Below are positions 11,164-21,678 of a stretch of DNA of 46,586 nt, piece after piece; position 1 is the first letter of the stretch; each line of letters begins with the position of its first letter. Origin of the DNA: Marinobacter sp. Lineage in GTDB: Bacteria; Pseudomonadota; Gammaproteobacteria; Pseudomonadales; Oleiphilaceae. Both the position numbers and the translations under genes were made by a program. The DNA lies in contig JAWWAT010000001.1 in assembly GCA_033721635.1 (NCBI GenBank), forward strand, positions 1 to 46,586, read 5' to 3'. The notes under the pieces are model-generated. The model did no database searches, was not told where the DNA came from, and saw nothing but the letters and a program-made list of their open reading frames with translations.

Positions 11164-12312
11164 ATGAAAAAGCCCGTTTATATGGACTACGCGGCTACCA
11201 CGCCCGTTGATCCAGCTGTTGCCGATGAAATGATGAAATACCTCACTCTGGATGGTGTGTTCGGCAATCCTGCATCCAGAACCCACGCCTATGGTTGGCA
11301 GGCAGAAGCGGCGGTTGAGGCTGCACGCAAACAGGTCGCCAGTCTGATTCACGCTGATCCAAGGGAAATCGTCTGGACCTCGGGAGCGACCGAGTCAGAC
11401 AACCTTGCCATCAAAGGTGCGGTTGGCAATCGGCAAGACGTGCACATCGTTACCTCAAGGATTGAGCACAAAGCGGTTGTAGATACCTGCAAGTGGCTGG
11501 AATATCAAGGAATCGAGGTTACCTGGCTAGAGCCCGCAGCCGATGGATCGATCAGTTGTGATCAGGTTTTGGGCGCGCTGAAAGACAACACGGTGCTCGT
11601 AAGCCTGATGTTGGTAAACAATGAGCTGGGAACCATCAACGATATTGCCGTCATTGGTGCCGAATTGCGCCAAAAAGGGATTCTTTTTCACGTGGACGCC
11701 GCCCAGGCCGCAGGTAAGATGGCGATTGATGTCAGTTCCATTCCTGTGGACCTGATGGCGCTTTCCGGGCACAAGGTTTATGGCCCGAAGGGCGTTGGGG
11801 CTCTCTACGTAAGGAGATCGCCGGACGTTCGTATCGACGCACAGATTCACGGTGGTGGGCATGAGCGAGGCATGCGCTCCGGAACACTGCCCACCCACCA
11901 GATTATCGGTATGGGTAAGGCGTTCGCCATCGCCCAATCCGGGCTTGAAGAAGAAATCGCTAAACTTGAAGCGCTCCGAAAGTCTTTCCTGGCGGGTCTT
12001 GAATCTCTCGATGGTGTCAGCCTCAACGGCAGCGAAATCAACCGTGTTCCCGGCATCCTGAATTTATCCTTTGATGGCGTTGATGCGGAGTCCCTGATGT
12101 TGGGCCTGAGGGATCTCGCTGTCTCCTCCGGATCGGCCTGTGCTTCGGCCACAGTCGAGCCTTCCTACGTTCTCCGTGGCATCGGGCTGAGCGATGAGCA
12201 GGCCCACCGGGCGCTGCGGTTTTCCTTCGGTCGTTTCACCACCGAAGAGGAAGTGGCCTTTGCCAGTTCGCAAATAGTTGATGTTGTTAGCCGCCTCCGC
12301 GCAGTGCGGTAG
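11164..12312 (+). CDS. iscS: Cysteine desulfurase IscS (C-terminally shortened, 382 aa)
   Basis: [28 protein letters not shown] lysine in [10 protein letters not shown], catalytic SSGSACAS; ATG 11164. Confidence 0.93.
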   Translation: MKKPVYMDYAATTPVDPAVADEMMKYLTLDGVFGNPASRTHAYGWQAEAAVEAARKQVASLIHADPREIVWTSGATESDNLAIKGAVGNRQDVHIVTSRIEHKAVVDTCKWLEYQGIEVTWLEPAADGSISCDQVLGALKDNTVLVSLMLVNNELGTINDIAVIGAELRQKGILFHVDAAQAAGKMAIDVSSIPVDLMALSGHKVYGPKGVGALYVRRSPDVRIDAQIHGGGHERGMRSGTLPTHQIIGMGKAFAIAQSGLEEEIAKLEALRKSFLAGLESLDGVSLNGSEINRVPGILNLSFDGVDAESLMLGLRDLAVSSGSACASATVEPSYVLRGIGLSDEQAHRALRFSFGRFTTEEEVAFASSQIVDVVSRLRAVR

Positions 12313-12328
12313 GAAGTTTGCCCCGGAC

Positions 12329-12338
12329 TGCGTATAAT
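12329..12338 (+). promoter_or_regulatory. -10 element for the ndk operon
   Basis: TGCG-TATAAT, 42 nt upstream of the ndk ATG; no good -35 seen. Confidence 0.5.
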
Positions 12339-12380
12339 CGCAGGCCAGAATTTTTACCATCCACAAACTGGAGAAAGACC

Positions 12381-12809
12381 ATGGCAACTGAGCGCACGCT
12401 CTCCATTATCAAGCCCGACGCTGTCGCGAAGAACGTGATTGGCGAAATTTACAGCCGCTTCGAGAAAGCTGGCCTGAATATCGTTGCTGCCAAGATGATG
12501 CACCTTACCCAGGAGCAGGCCGAAGGCTTTTACGCTGAGCACAAAGAGCGTCCGTTCTTTAACGATCTGGTTGCTTTCATGACCTCGGGTCCGGTGGTCG
12601 TTCAGGTTCTGGAAGGCGAGGGCGCCATCCTGAAGAACCGTGATCTGATGGGTGCGACCAACCCGAAGGAAGCCGAAGCTGGCACTATTCGTGCGGACTT
12701 CGCGTCATCCATCGACGCAAATGCCGTTCACGGCTCTGATTCCGCGGCTTCCGCAGAGCGCGAAATCGCGTATTTTTTCAATGACAACGAAATCTGCCCG
12801 CGGGGCTGA
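12381..12809 (+). CDS. ndk: Nucleoside diphosphate kinase
   Basis: [33 protein letters not shown] (phospho-His); SD GGAG before ATG 12381. Confidence 0.98.
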   Translation: MATERTLSIIKPDAVAKNVIGEIYSRFEKAGLNIVAAKMMHLTQEQAEGFYAEHKERPFFNDLVAFMTSGPVVVQVLEGEGAILKNRDLMGATNPKEAEAGTIRADFASSIDANAVHGSDSAASAEREIAYFFNDNEICPRG

Positions 12810-12872
12810 TTGCGTTGATCGGAGGCGATCAACCGGTCGCCTTCGAATTGGTTATCTGATCGAGGTTATGAA

Positions 12873-13985
12873 ATGACAGCGGCCGCTGAAAAAACGAATC
12901 TTCTGGGGATGCCGAAAGCAAAGCTCGAAGCTTTCTTTGAGTCCCTGGGAGAGAAGCGTTTTCGTGCCACCCAGGTTTTGCAATGGATCCATCAGCGTGG
13001 CGCTGATGACTTCGATCAAATGACCAATATGAGCAAGGCACTGCGTGAAAAGCTGAAGCAGGTTGCTGAGATCCGCGGTCCCGAGGTGGTTTACGACGAG
13101 ACGTCCAAAGACGGCACCCGTAAATGGGTGATGCGTATGGACAACGGCAACAGCGTCGAGACAGTGCTGATTCCCGATGGCGAACGTGGCACGCTTTGCG
13201 TGTCCTCCCAGATTGGTTGCAGCCTGGACTGCACGTTTTGCTCTACCGGCAAGCGAGGGTTCAACCGCAATCTCACCGCGGCGGAAGTCATCGGCCAGGT
13301 GTGGGTTGCGCGCAAGGCCTTTATGCCCTTTGAGCCCGGTCCGGATCGCCCGATCACCAACGTGGTTATGATGGGTATGGGCGAGCCGCTGCTCAACTTC
13401 GACAATGTCGTGGATGCCATGAACCTCATGATGGAGGATCTGGCCTATGGCATCTCCAAGCGTCGGGTTACCCTTAGCACGTCAGGTGTTGTCCCGGCTC
13501 TGGACCGCCTGTCGGAAGTTACCGATGTTTCACTGGCCATTTCCCTGCACGCGCCGAATGATGAGCTGCGTAACAAACTGGTCCCGTTGAATAAAAAGTA
13601 CCCGATTGCCGAGTTGCTGGCCGCAACCAAGCGTTACTTCGCCCGGTTGCCGGATAAGCGCAAGGCGACGATCGAGTACACGGTGATCGAGGGGATGAAC
13701 GACCAACCGGAGCACGCACGTGAGCTTGCCACGCTGTTGCGGGATCTGCCATGCAAGATCAATCTGATTCCCTTTAATCCGTTCCCGGAGAGTGATTTCC
13801 GGAGGCCAAGCATGAATGCGACACGTCGGTTCCAGAACGTTCTCAACGAGGCTGGCTATATTACGACGATCAGAACCACCCGTGGTGATGACATTGATGC
13901 CGCATGTGGTCAGCTTGTCGGACGGGTTGAAGACAGAACCCGCCGCAGCCAGAGGTATATTCAGGTTCAGCAGGTGAATCCCTGA
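12873..13985 (+). CDS. rlmN: Dual-specificity RNA m2A methyltransferase RlmN
   Basis: Radical [30 protein letters not shown]. Confidence 0.97.
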   Translation: MTAAAEKTNLLGMPKAKLEAFFESLGEKRFRATQVLQWIHQRGADDFDQMTNMSKALREKLKQVAEIRGPEVVYDETSKDGTRKWVMRMDNGNSVETVLIPDGERGTLCVSSQIGCSLDCTFCSTGKRGFNRNLTAAEVIGQVWVARKAFMPFEPGPDRPITNVVMMGMGEPLLNFDNVVDAMNLMMEDLAYGISKRRVTLSTSGVVPALDRLSEVTDVSLAISLHAPNDELRNKLVPLNKKYPIAELLAATKRYFARLPDKRKATIEYTVIEGMNDQPEHARELATLLRDLPCKINLIPFNPFPESDFRRPSMNATRRFQNVLNEAGYITTIRTTRGDDIDAACGQLVGRVEDRTRRSQRYIQVQQVNP

Positions 13986-14026
13986 GCCAGGAACGTCTTG
14001 CAGCCCAATCGAGGAAGGGGACACCC

Positions 14027-14833
14027 GTGATAGCAGCACCAGCAAACCGACGCTTTCTCACGTTAGCCGCTATGCTGCTGACTCTGCTGGTTACAGGTTG
14101 TGTTACCACCACCGACAGTCGGTTTTCACGGGAAGCAGACAAGCAGGAAGCGCTTGATAACTATGTAAAACTGGCCACCGCCTACATAGGTCAGGGTAAT
14201 CTTGAACGTGCGCGTCACCACCTGGACAGGGCGTTGAAGCTTGATTCGGATGACCCGGGTGCCAGGGCCGCTATGGGGCTTGTCTATAACGCCGAGGGCG
14301 AGCCAGAGCTGGCTGAGCGTAATTTCAAACAGGCCATTTCCGAGGATCCTGGCTACACCAGGGCACGGGTCTACTACGGGGCGTTTCTGTTCGGCCAGAA
14401 CCGGATGGAAGGTGCTCGTGACCAATTCCGTGCTGCGTCCCGCGATACCGGGTATCAGGATAGGGGCTCTGTATTTTTCAACCTCGGCATGACTCAGGAA
14501 CGACTCGGCGAGTTGGACGCCGCGGCGACATCCTATCGCCGGGCCGTGGAGCTGACACGGGGTGATGCCCGCTCCCTGCTGGCGCTTTCTCGGGTGTCGG
14601 TCGAAACCGGCGACTACGACGACGCGGCCCGTTACTATTCGCGTCTGATTTCACTGATGCAAAGGAATCAGCGTCTGGTCCACTCACCGGAGAGCCTTCT
14701 TACCGGAATTCGCATTGCCCGTTTCTACAGTGATGAAAACCAGGAGGCGAGTCTTGCGCTTCAGCTCAGAAACAAATTTCCGGAGTCAGTCGAATACCAA
14801 CAATACAAGGTGCTGATTTCTAATGGCAACTGA
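14027..14833 (+). CDS. pilW: Type IV pilus biogenesis/stability TPR lipoprotein PilW/PilF
   Basis: Lipobox LVTG-C, TPR repeats, C-terminal LRNKFPES; position between rlmN and rodZ. Confidence 0.85.
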   Translation: MIAAPANRRFLTLAAMLLTLLVTGCVTTTDSRFSREADKQEALDNYVKLATAYIGQGNLERARHHLDRALKLDSDDPGARAAMGLVYNAEGEPELAERNFKQAISEDPGYTRARVYYGAFLFGQNRMEGARDQFRAASRDTGYQDRGSVFFNLGMTQERLGELDAAATSYRRAVELTRGDARSLLALSRVSVETGDYDDAARYYSRLISLMQRNQRLVHSPESLLTGIRIARFYSDENQEASLALQLRNKFPESVEYQQYKVLISNGN

Positions 14834-15854
14834 AGAAAACTCACAGCCAGCTATGACGGAGCCCGTAGGACGGCAGCTTCAGAAAGCACGGGAGAAAGCC
14901 GGTCTGAGTACCACTGACGTCGCAGCAGCGCAGCATTTGCGCCCGTCGGTGATACAGGCGATCGAGTCGGGAGATTACAGCCAGATCGACAGTGAACTCT
15001 TTCTGAAAGGGTATGTCAGGGCTTATGCAAAGCAGGTTGGGCTTGATGCGGATTCGGTCATTGCCGATCTTGATCATGAACTGGAGCCAATCCGGCAACA
15101 GCGCGAACAGGAACAGGAAGCCAACCCTCTGGTGGATATCGAGCGCCGCAGACGTCGGAAACGCCAACTGGCCAAGGCCCTGTTCTTTCTGGTCGTCCTG
15201 GGTATTGCCGGTTATCTGGCGTTTACTTTCCTGCTTCCTGAACAGGATACCGCGCCCTCGGAGGGGGTAACGGAGTCTGAGGCGTTGCCTGAAGAGGAAA
15301 AACAGGGGGCAACTGAGCAGTTGACAGCGTCGGCTGAGCCAGAGCGTTCCGAGGCTCAGGCTGTAGCAACCGTTGAAGAGCCTGAGCCTGCAGTAGTGGA
15401 ATCTGAGCCTGATGTTGCAGAGCCCCAGGAGCCGTCGACAGAACCGGTTGCACCAGATGCTCGCGAGACTCAGGCCCCGTCAGACACGACCGTCGTTGAA
15501 GACACCCGCCCGGAGCCGACCGAACCGGTGACCGAGCAGATTCCGGCGGTTGTTCAGACGCCCGACCCGGTTCTTGAAAATCCAAATGGACTGTCGGAAG
15601 TGGCGGACACCGGACGGCTTAAAATTCGCTTTAGTGATGATTGCTGGGTGCAGGTCAGCGATGCCGAGGGCAACCGGCTGGTGAATTCGCTTCAGCAGGA
15701 CGGAGATGAGATTGATGTTGCCGGGCCGGCGCCATTGAGAGTCGTGATTGGCGCCGTCAGTGCGGTTGAATCCATCCGTTTTCAGGGTGAGCCGGTGGAC
15801 ATTGGCGGCTACCGGGTTGTCAACAACCGGTCAGAGTTTACCCTGACAATCTGA
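14823..15854 (+). CDS. rodZ: Cytoskeleton protein RodZ
   Basis: N-terminal HTH ([11 protein letters not shown]...[15 protein letters not shown]), basic stretch plus one TM helix, Pro/Glu linker, C-terminal [11 protein letters not shown] domain. Confidence 0.9.
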   Translation: MATEENSQPAMTEPVGRQLQKAREKAGLSTTDVAAAQHLRPSVIQAIESGDYSQIDSELFLKGYVRAYAKQVGLDADSVIADLDHELEPIRQQREQEQEANPLVDIERRRRRKRQLAKALFFLVVLGIAGYLAFTFLLPEQDTAPSEGVTESEALPEEEKQGATEQLTASAEPERSEAQAVATVEEPEPAVVESEPDVAEPQEPSTEPVAPDARETQAPSDTTVVEDTRPEPTEPVTEQIPAVVQTPDPVLENPNGLSEVADTGRLKIRFSDDCWVQVSDAEGNRLVNSLQQDGDEIDVAGPAPLRVVIGAVSAVESIRFQGEPVDIGGYRVVNNRSEFTLTI

Positions 15855-15889
15855 AATTTGATCAAATTTTCCATATCGGTCAGCAAGAC

Positions 15890-17008
15890 ATGAAACAGGA
15901 TTCCCCGATTACCAGACGCAAATCCCGCCAGATCATGGTGGGCAATGTTCCTGTAGGTGGCGACGCGCCGATTGCGGTGCAGAGCATGACCAACACCAAT
16001 ACCTGCGACGTGGAGGCCACGGTTGGCCAGATTACGGCATTGCAGGAGGCAGGTGCGGACATCGTGCGTGTTTCTGTGCCGTCCATGGACGCTGCAGAGG
16101 CGTTCGGGAAGATTCGTGAGCGGGTATCCCTGCCGTTGGTCGCCGACATCCACTTCGATTACAAGATCGCCCTCAGGGTGGCCGAGCTGGGTGTCGACTG
16201 TCTTCGCATCAATCCGGGCAACATCGGCCGCGATGACCGCGTCAGTGCGGTTATCAGTGCTGCCCGGGACGGCAACATCCCGATTCGCATCGGTGTGAAT
16301 GCCGGTTCCCTGGAGAAGTCACTCCAGCGTAAATACGGTGAGCCGACGGCTGACGCGTTGGTGGAATCCGCCATGCGTCATATCGATATCCTCGACCGCC
16401 ATGATTTCCAGGACTTCAAGGTCAGCCTGAAGGCTTCGGAAGTGTTCATGACCGTGGATGCGTACCGCAAGATCGCCCAGCAGATCGAGCAGCCGCTGCA
16501 TCTGGGCATTACCGAAGCCGGTGGCCTCCGGTCGGGTACGGTCAAGTCCTCCATTGGTCTTGGCATGCTCCTGATGGATGGCATCGGCGACACCATCCGG
16601 GTGTCTCTTGCAGCCGATCCTGTGCAGGAAATCAAGGTGGGTTTCGATATCCTCAAGAGCCTGCGGCTGCGCAGTCGCGGTATCAACTTTATCGCCTGCC
16701 CAAGTTGTTCCCGGCAGAACTTCGATGTCATCCAGACCATGAACGATCTGGAAGCTCGTCTGGAGGATGTAAACGATTCTCTCGATGTGGCGATCATTGG
16801 CTGCATCGTAAACGGCCCGGGTGAGGCCAAGGTGGCGGATCTAGGGCTGACCGGCGGCAGCCCCAAGAATCTCTTTTATATGGCGGGCAAGCCAAACCAG
16901 AAGCTGGACAACGCCACACTGACTGACGATCTGGAACGCCTGATTCGCGAGGAAGTGGCACGTCGCAAGGAACAGGAAGAATCGATTATTGCCCGTTCGG
17001 ACAGCTGA
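15890..17008 (+). CDS. ispG: HMBPP synthase (flavodoxin-dependent) IspG
   Basis: [43 protein letters not shown]. Confidence 0.97.
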   Translation: MKQDSPITRRKSRQIMVGNVPVGGDAPIAVQSMTNTNTCDVEATVGQITALQEAGADIVRVSVPSMDAAEAFGKIRERVSLPLVADIHFDYKIALRVAELGVDCLRINPGNIGRDDRVSAVISAARDGNIPIRIGVNAGSLEKSLQRKYGEPTADALVESAMRHIDILDRHDFQDFKVSLKASEVFMTVDAYRKIAQQIEQPLHLGITEAGGLRSGTVKSSIGLGMLLMDGIGDTIRVSLAADPVQEIKVGFDILKSLRLRSRGINFIACPSCSRQNFDVIQTMNDLEARLEDVNDSLDVAIIGCIVNGPGEAKVADLGLTGGSPKNLFYMAGKPNQKLDNATLTDDLERLIREEVARRKEQEESIIARSDS

Positions 17009-17057
17009 TCGTTTCGATTTCAGGGCGAAAAAATCCAGACAGAGTTAAGGGTTAACA

Positions 17058-18338
17058 TTGGCAAAGATTCAGGCAATTCGCGGGATGAACGATATCCTGC
17101 CGGAGCAGACGCCCTTATGGCAGTTTGTAGAATCCACGGTGCGCAGGGTACTGGCCCAATATGGCTACCAGGAAATCCGCATGCCGATTGTGGAACAGAC
17201 CGACCTGTTCAAGCGATCGATTGGTGAAGTCACCGACATTGTCGAAAAGGAAATGTACACCTTTGAAGATCGCAACGGTGACAGCCTGACGCTGCGCCCG
17301 GAGGGCACCGCTGGTTGTGTTCGGGCAGCCGAGGAACATGGGCTGCTGTTTAATCAGACACGTCGGCTCTGGTATACCGGCCCTATGTTCCGGCATGAAC
17401 GTCCGCAAAAAGGGCGCTATCGTCAGTTTCACCAGATTGGCGTGGAATGTTTTGGGATGACCGGCCCTGATATCGATGCCGAGCTGCTGATACTGACAGC
17501 ACGGCTCTGGAAGGAGCTTGGGCTTGCTGAGCATACCCGGCTGGAAATCAATTCCATTGGAACATCAGAGTCGCGTCGGGTTTACCGTGCGGCACTGGTG
17601 GATTATCTGAGCCAGTTCAAGTCAGATCTTGATTCCGACAGCCAGCGTCGTCTGGAGTCCAACCCCCTGCGGATTCTGGATAGCAAGGATCCGGGCACCC
17701 GCAAGATCCTGGAAAACGCGCCCAGCCTCGATGACTATCTCGATGATGAATCCCGAGAGCATTTCGAGCGCCTGAAAGCATTACTGGATTCCGCAGGCGT
17801 GGGGTATTCCGTGAACCCGGCTTTGGTTCGGGGCCTGGATTACTACGGCAAGACCGTCTTTGAGTGGATAACCGACAGTCTCGGTGCCCAGGGCACGGTA
17901 TGCGCCGGCGGTAGATATGATGGCCTGGTGGAGCAGCTTGGTGGCAAACCGACTTTCGCGGTGGGCTTTGCAATGGGGCTGGAGCGCCTTATCCTGCTGC
18001 TGGAGACGCTTGAGCTGGTCCCGGACTACGTGAACAGCAATGCCGATGTCTATGTAACGGCGATGGGTGAGGTGGCCCTGGCTCCGGCCCTGATACTGGC
18101 TGAAAAGCTGCGTGCTGCCTTGCCGGAGCGGGTTATTGTTTCCCACTGTGGCGGCGGCAGTTTCAAAAGCCAGATGAAGAAGGCTGACCGGAGCGGTGCC
18201 AGGTACGCGGTGATACTGGGTGAAAATGAAGTGGCCAATGGCACTGCCGGACTCAAGCCCTTGCGTGCCGATGAGCCGCAATCCGAGATTGCCCAGGACG
18301 AGCTGGCCGCCACTCTCGCAGCGGCCCTGGCTAACTGA
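17058..18338 (+). CDS. hisS: Histidine--tRNA ligase
   Basis: [48 protein letters not shown]; TTG start. Confidence 0.98.
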   Translation: MAKIQAIRGMNDILPEQTPLWQFVESTVRRVLAQYGYQEIRMPIVEQTDLFKRSIGEVTDIVEKEMYTFEDRNGDSLTLRPEGTAGCVRAAEEHGLLFNQTRRLWYTGPMFRHERPQKGRYRQFHQIGVECFGMTGPDIDAELLILTARLWKELGLAEHTRLEINSIGTSESRRVYRAALVDYLSQFKSDLDSDSQRRLESNPLRILDSKDPGTRKILENAPSLDDYLDDESREHFERLKALLDSAGVGYSVNPALVRGLDYYGKTVFEWITDSLGAQGTVCAGGRYDGLVEQLGGKPTFAVGFAMGLERLILLLETLELVPDYVNSNADVYVTAMGEVALAPALILAEKLRAALPERVIVSHCGGGSFKSQMKKADRSGARYAVILGENEVANGTAGLKPLRADEPQSEIAQDELAATLAAALAN

Positions 18339-18390
18339 ACCCGACCATATTCTTTGATACAAAAGCAAAAATTCGACAACAGGAGTCCTC

Positions 18391-19047
18391 ATGGCAGAGT
18401 TGCGCACCGAAGAAGAACAGATCCAGGCGATCAAGGACTGGTGGAAAAAGAACGGCAGTTCTCTGCTGATCGGCATTGGTGCGGCCCTGGCCATTGTGTT
18501 TGGCTGGCAGGCGTGGCAGAACCACCAGGCCCAGCAGCGCACCGAGGCAGCGAACCAGTTCGCCAACCTGCTCAATGCCTTCAGTGACCAGGCCGATGAG
18601 ACCAGCGGCGAGACCGTCGCTTTCGTGGCGCAGACCCTCAGGGAGGACTACACGGATAGCGCCTATGCGGTTTACGGCAACCTGATCCTGGCGCGCCAGC
18701 AATTGATGCAGGAGGGCAATGCCGAAGCCGCCATTGACTCCCTGAAGTGGGCGCTGGACAAGAGCGGCGAGCACGAGGCACTGGCACTTGTGGTGCGCAA
18801 TCGCCTGGCTCGCGCCCAGTTTTCCGCAGGCCAGTACGAAGAGGCACTGGCCACTATCGATGGTGCCGGTAATGCGGATGCGTTTGGTGCCATGTACTCC
18901 GAGCTCCGTGGCGACATCCTGTTAGCACAGGGCGATCCGGAGGGCGCACGTGAGGCCTATCTTGCTGCCCGTGAGCAAAGCCAGCAGGGTCGTAGCGGCA
19001 TCCTGGAACTGAAACTGGCAGACCTTGGTGTCGGGGAGGATGCCTGA
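18391..19047 (+). CDS. yfgM: Ancillary SecYEG translocon subunit YfgM (TPR)
   Basis: TEEEQIQAIKDWWKKNG plus TM helix, ELRGDILLAQG, LKLADL; between hisS and bamB. Confidence 0.9.
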   Translation: MAELRTEEEQIQAIKDWWKKNGSSLLIGIGAALAIVFGWQAWQNHQAQQRTEAANQFANLLNAFSDQADETSGETVAFVAQTLREDYTDSAYAVYGNLILARQQLMQEGNAEAAIDSLKWALDKSGEHEALALVVRNRLARAQFSAGQYEEALATIDGAGNADAFGAMYSELRGDILLAQGDPEGAREAYLAAREQSQQGRSGILELKLADLGVGEDA

Positions 19048-20219
19048 TGCCGGTTTTCCGCGACAGCATCTCAAACCGCGGACTTATTCTTGGGCTGGCT
19101 TTTCTGGCCGCACTTTCCGGCTGTAGTGCGACCGATACGTTCGAACAACCTGTTCCGGTTCCCGAAATTGAGGCGTCCGCCGAATTCAAGAGAGTCTGGA
19201 GCATGTCCGTAGGCGACGGTCATGATGGGGATTTTCTCTACCTGTCACCCCTGAATACCGGTGATCTGATCTACGCCGCCTCGGCAGATGGCGAGCTTTA
19301 CGCAGTGACTTCGGATTCCGGCAAGGTGGTCTGGGAATCCGAGTTCGACGAACGCATCTTCTCGGGCCTTGGTGGCGATGGGCAGAACCTCTACCTCACC
19401 ACCGAGAACGCCGATCTGGTGGCCCTTTCCCGTGAGGATGGCTCCGAGGTCTGGCGTCAGCCTCTGCCGACAGAAGTCCTGTCTGCGCCTCAGTCCAATG
19501 GCTCGCTCGTTGTTGCCCAGACCACGGATGGCAAGGTTCTCGGCTTCAGCGCCGCTGATGGCGAGAAGCTATGGCAGTACGACGGCACGGTTCCGGTTTT
19601 GTCCATGAGAGCTGCTGCGGCCCCACTGGTTGGTGGAGACGTTGTCATTGCCTCCTTTGCCAGCGGCAAATTGATCGCTCTGTCGGCAGCTTCAGGACAG
19701 CCCATGTGGCAGTACGAAGTGGGCCAGCCTCAGGGGCGCACGGAGCTGGAAAGGCTTGTGGACGTGACCGGACAACCTCTGGTCATCGAGACTGCTGTCC
19801 TGGTGGTTGGCTACCAGGGCAAACTTGCACTCGTTGATATTCGTACCGGGCAGGAGATCTGGAGCCGCACGGCATCCAGCCTCTATTCCCCGATGATTGG
19901 CGGCGGCGAGATCTATCTGGCCTCGGCCAATGGCGACATTGTTGCCCTGAGAGGCTCAGACCGTCGGGAAGTCTGGACACAGGATCGTCTTGCATGGCGC
20001 CAGCTGACCCAACCAATGGTTTATGAAGACTATCTCGTGGTCGGCGATTTTGAAGGCTACCTTCATGTTCTTGACCGAGAGGACGGCCGACTGGTTGGCC
20101 AGCTGGAGTTCGACGATGAGGGTATCCGCGTACCGGCACAGCGCCTCGCCAATGGTAACCTGCTGGTTTTTGGCAACAGCGGAAAGATGGCCGTATTCCA
20201 GGTTAAGCCGCAGGATTGA
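19047..20219 (+). CDS. bamB: Outer membrane protein assembly factor BamB
   Basis: Lipobox LSG-C, PQQ-like beta-propeller repeats, GRTELERLVDV, VGDFEGYLH; upstream of der. Confidence 0.93.
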   Translation: MPVFRDSISNRGLILGLAFLAALSGCSATDTFEQPVPVPEIEASAEFKRVWSMSVGDGHDGDFLYLSPLNTGDLIYAASADGELYAVTSDSGKVVWESEFDERIFSGLGGDGQNLYLTTENADLVALSREDGSEVWRQPLPTEVLSAPQSNGSLVVAQTTDGKVLGFSAADGEKLWQYDGTVPVLSMRAAAAPLVGGDVVIASFASGKLIALSAASGQPMWQYEVGQPQGRTELERLVDVTGQPLVIETAVLVVGYQGKLALVDIRTGQEIWSRTASSLYSPMIGGGEIYLASANGDIVALRGSDRREVWTQDRLAWRQLTQPMVYEDYLVVGDFEGYLHVLDREDGRLVGQLEFDDEGIRVPAQRLANGNLLVFGNSGKMAVFQVKPQD

Positions 20220-20228
20220 TCCCCCATT

Positions 20229-21650
20229 ATGACCCCAGTTATTGCCCTTGTCGGACGCCCTAACGTCGGCAAATCGACATTATTTAACCAGATGACCCGT
20301 TCCAGGGATGCCCTGGTTGCGGATTTCCCGGGGCTGACCCGTGACCGCAAGTACGGTGAGGGCAGCTACGAGGGGCAGCGCTTCATCGTCATCGACACCG
20401 GTGGTCTTACCGGTGACGAGCAGGGCCTTGATCTCGAAATGGCCCGCCAATCCATGCAGGCGGTAGAAGAGGCTGACATCGTACTGTTCATGGTGGACGG
20501 TCGTGCCGGCCTGACCGCTGGCGATGAGCTTATTGCAGACAGCCTTCGCCGGTCCGGCAAGCAGGCTCATCTGGTCGTGAACAAGACCGATGGTCAGGAT
20601 CCGGACATTGCAGCATCGGATTTCTACAGCCTGGGCTTTGAATCCACCTTCCTGATTGCGGCCTCCCACAACCGGGGTATTCGCTCGATGCTCGAAATCC
20701 TGCTGCCCTCCGAGGAGGAGCGGGAGGAAGAGGACAGGGCGGACCGTTACCCCGGTATCCGTATTGGAGTGGTCGGCCGACCGAACGTGGGCAAGTCCAC
20801 CCTGGTCAATCGGATGCTCGGTGAAGAGCGAGTGGTGGTTTACGATATGCCCGGTACGACCCGGGATAGCGTGTATATCCCCTACGAGCGCCAGGGCAGT
20901 CAATACACGCTGATTGATACGGCCGGTGTCCGTCGCCGGAAAAATGTCAGTGAAGTGGTGGAGAAGTTCTCCATCATCAAGACGCTGCAGGCGATTGATG
21001 ACGCCCATGTGGTTATTCTCGTTATTGATGCCCGGGAAGGCCTGGTGGACCAGGATCTCCACCTGATCGGGTTTGTCCTTGATGCCGGCCGCTCGCTGGT
21101 GATCGCCGTCAACAAGTGGGACGGTATGGATCCGGAAGACCGCGTTCGGGTGAAAGAGCAGGTGCAGCGTCGTCTGGACTTCCTGGATTACGCCGATAAG
21201 CACTATATTTCGGCGCTCCACGGATCTGGCGTGGGTGTGATGTATGAGTCGGTGCAAGCCTGTTACGAATCTGCCATGGCAAAGTGGCCGACCAACCGCC
21301 TGACTGCCATTCTTCAGGATGCCATTGCCCAGCATCAGCCCCCCATGGTGCACGGGCGTCGAATCAAACTGCGTTACGCCCACCAGGGCGGGTCCAATCC
21401 GCCGGTCATTGTGGTTCACGGTAACCAGGTGGATTCACTGCCGGGTGCGTACAAGCGGTATCTTGAGAATACCTTCCGGAAGGTCCTGAAAGTAACCGGT
21501 TCACCAATCCGCTTCGAGTTCAAATCGGGTGAAAACCCGTTTGCCGGCAAAGTGGATCGCCTGACCCCGCGTCAGAAGGTGAAGAAGGACAACGACGAGA
21601 AGAAGGGCCGTCGTCCAAAGAAGCAGCGCCAGAAAAGTCTCAAGCGCTGA
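20229..21650 (+). CDS. der: Ribosome biogenesis GTPase Der (EngA)
   Basis: Two [10 protein letters not shown]-loops, DTGG/DTAG, NKTD/NKWD, C-terminal KH-like domain. Confidence 0.98.
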   Translation: MTPVIALVGRPNVGKSTLFNQMTRSRDALVADFPGLTRDRKYGEGSYEGQRFIVIDTGGLTGDEQGLDLEMARQSMQAVEEADIVLFMVDGRAGLTAGDELIADSLRRSGKQAHLVVNKTDGQDPDIAASDFYSLGFESTFLIAASHNRGIRSMLEILLPSEEEREEEDRADRYPGIRIGVVGRPNVGKSTLVNRMLGEERVVVYDMPGTTRDSVYIPYERQGSQYTLIDTAGVRRRKNVSEVVEKFSIIKTLQAIDDAHVVILVIDAREGLVDQDLHLIGFVLDAGRSLVIAVNKWDGMDPEDRVRVKEQVQRRLDFLDYADKHYISALHGSGVGVMYESVQACYESAMAKWPTNRLTAILQDAIAQHQPPMVHGRRIKLRYAHQGGSNPPVIVVHGNQVDSLPGAYKRYLENTFRKVLKVTGSPIRFEFKSGENPFAGKVDRLTPRQKVKKDNDEKKGRRPKKQRQKSLKR

Positions 21651-21678
21651 TTCAGTGGCCGGGTGAGGTGAGGCTGCC

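Noticed and set aside
15240-15600. Short GAGCCT/GAGCC repeats in rodZ
   Set aside because: They encode the Glu/Pro-rich periplasmic linker typical of RodZ; irregular, not a tandem array or CRISPR.
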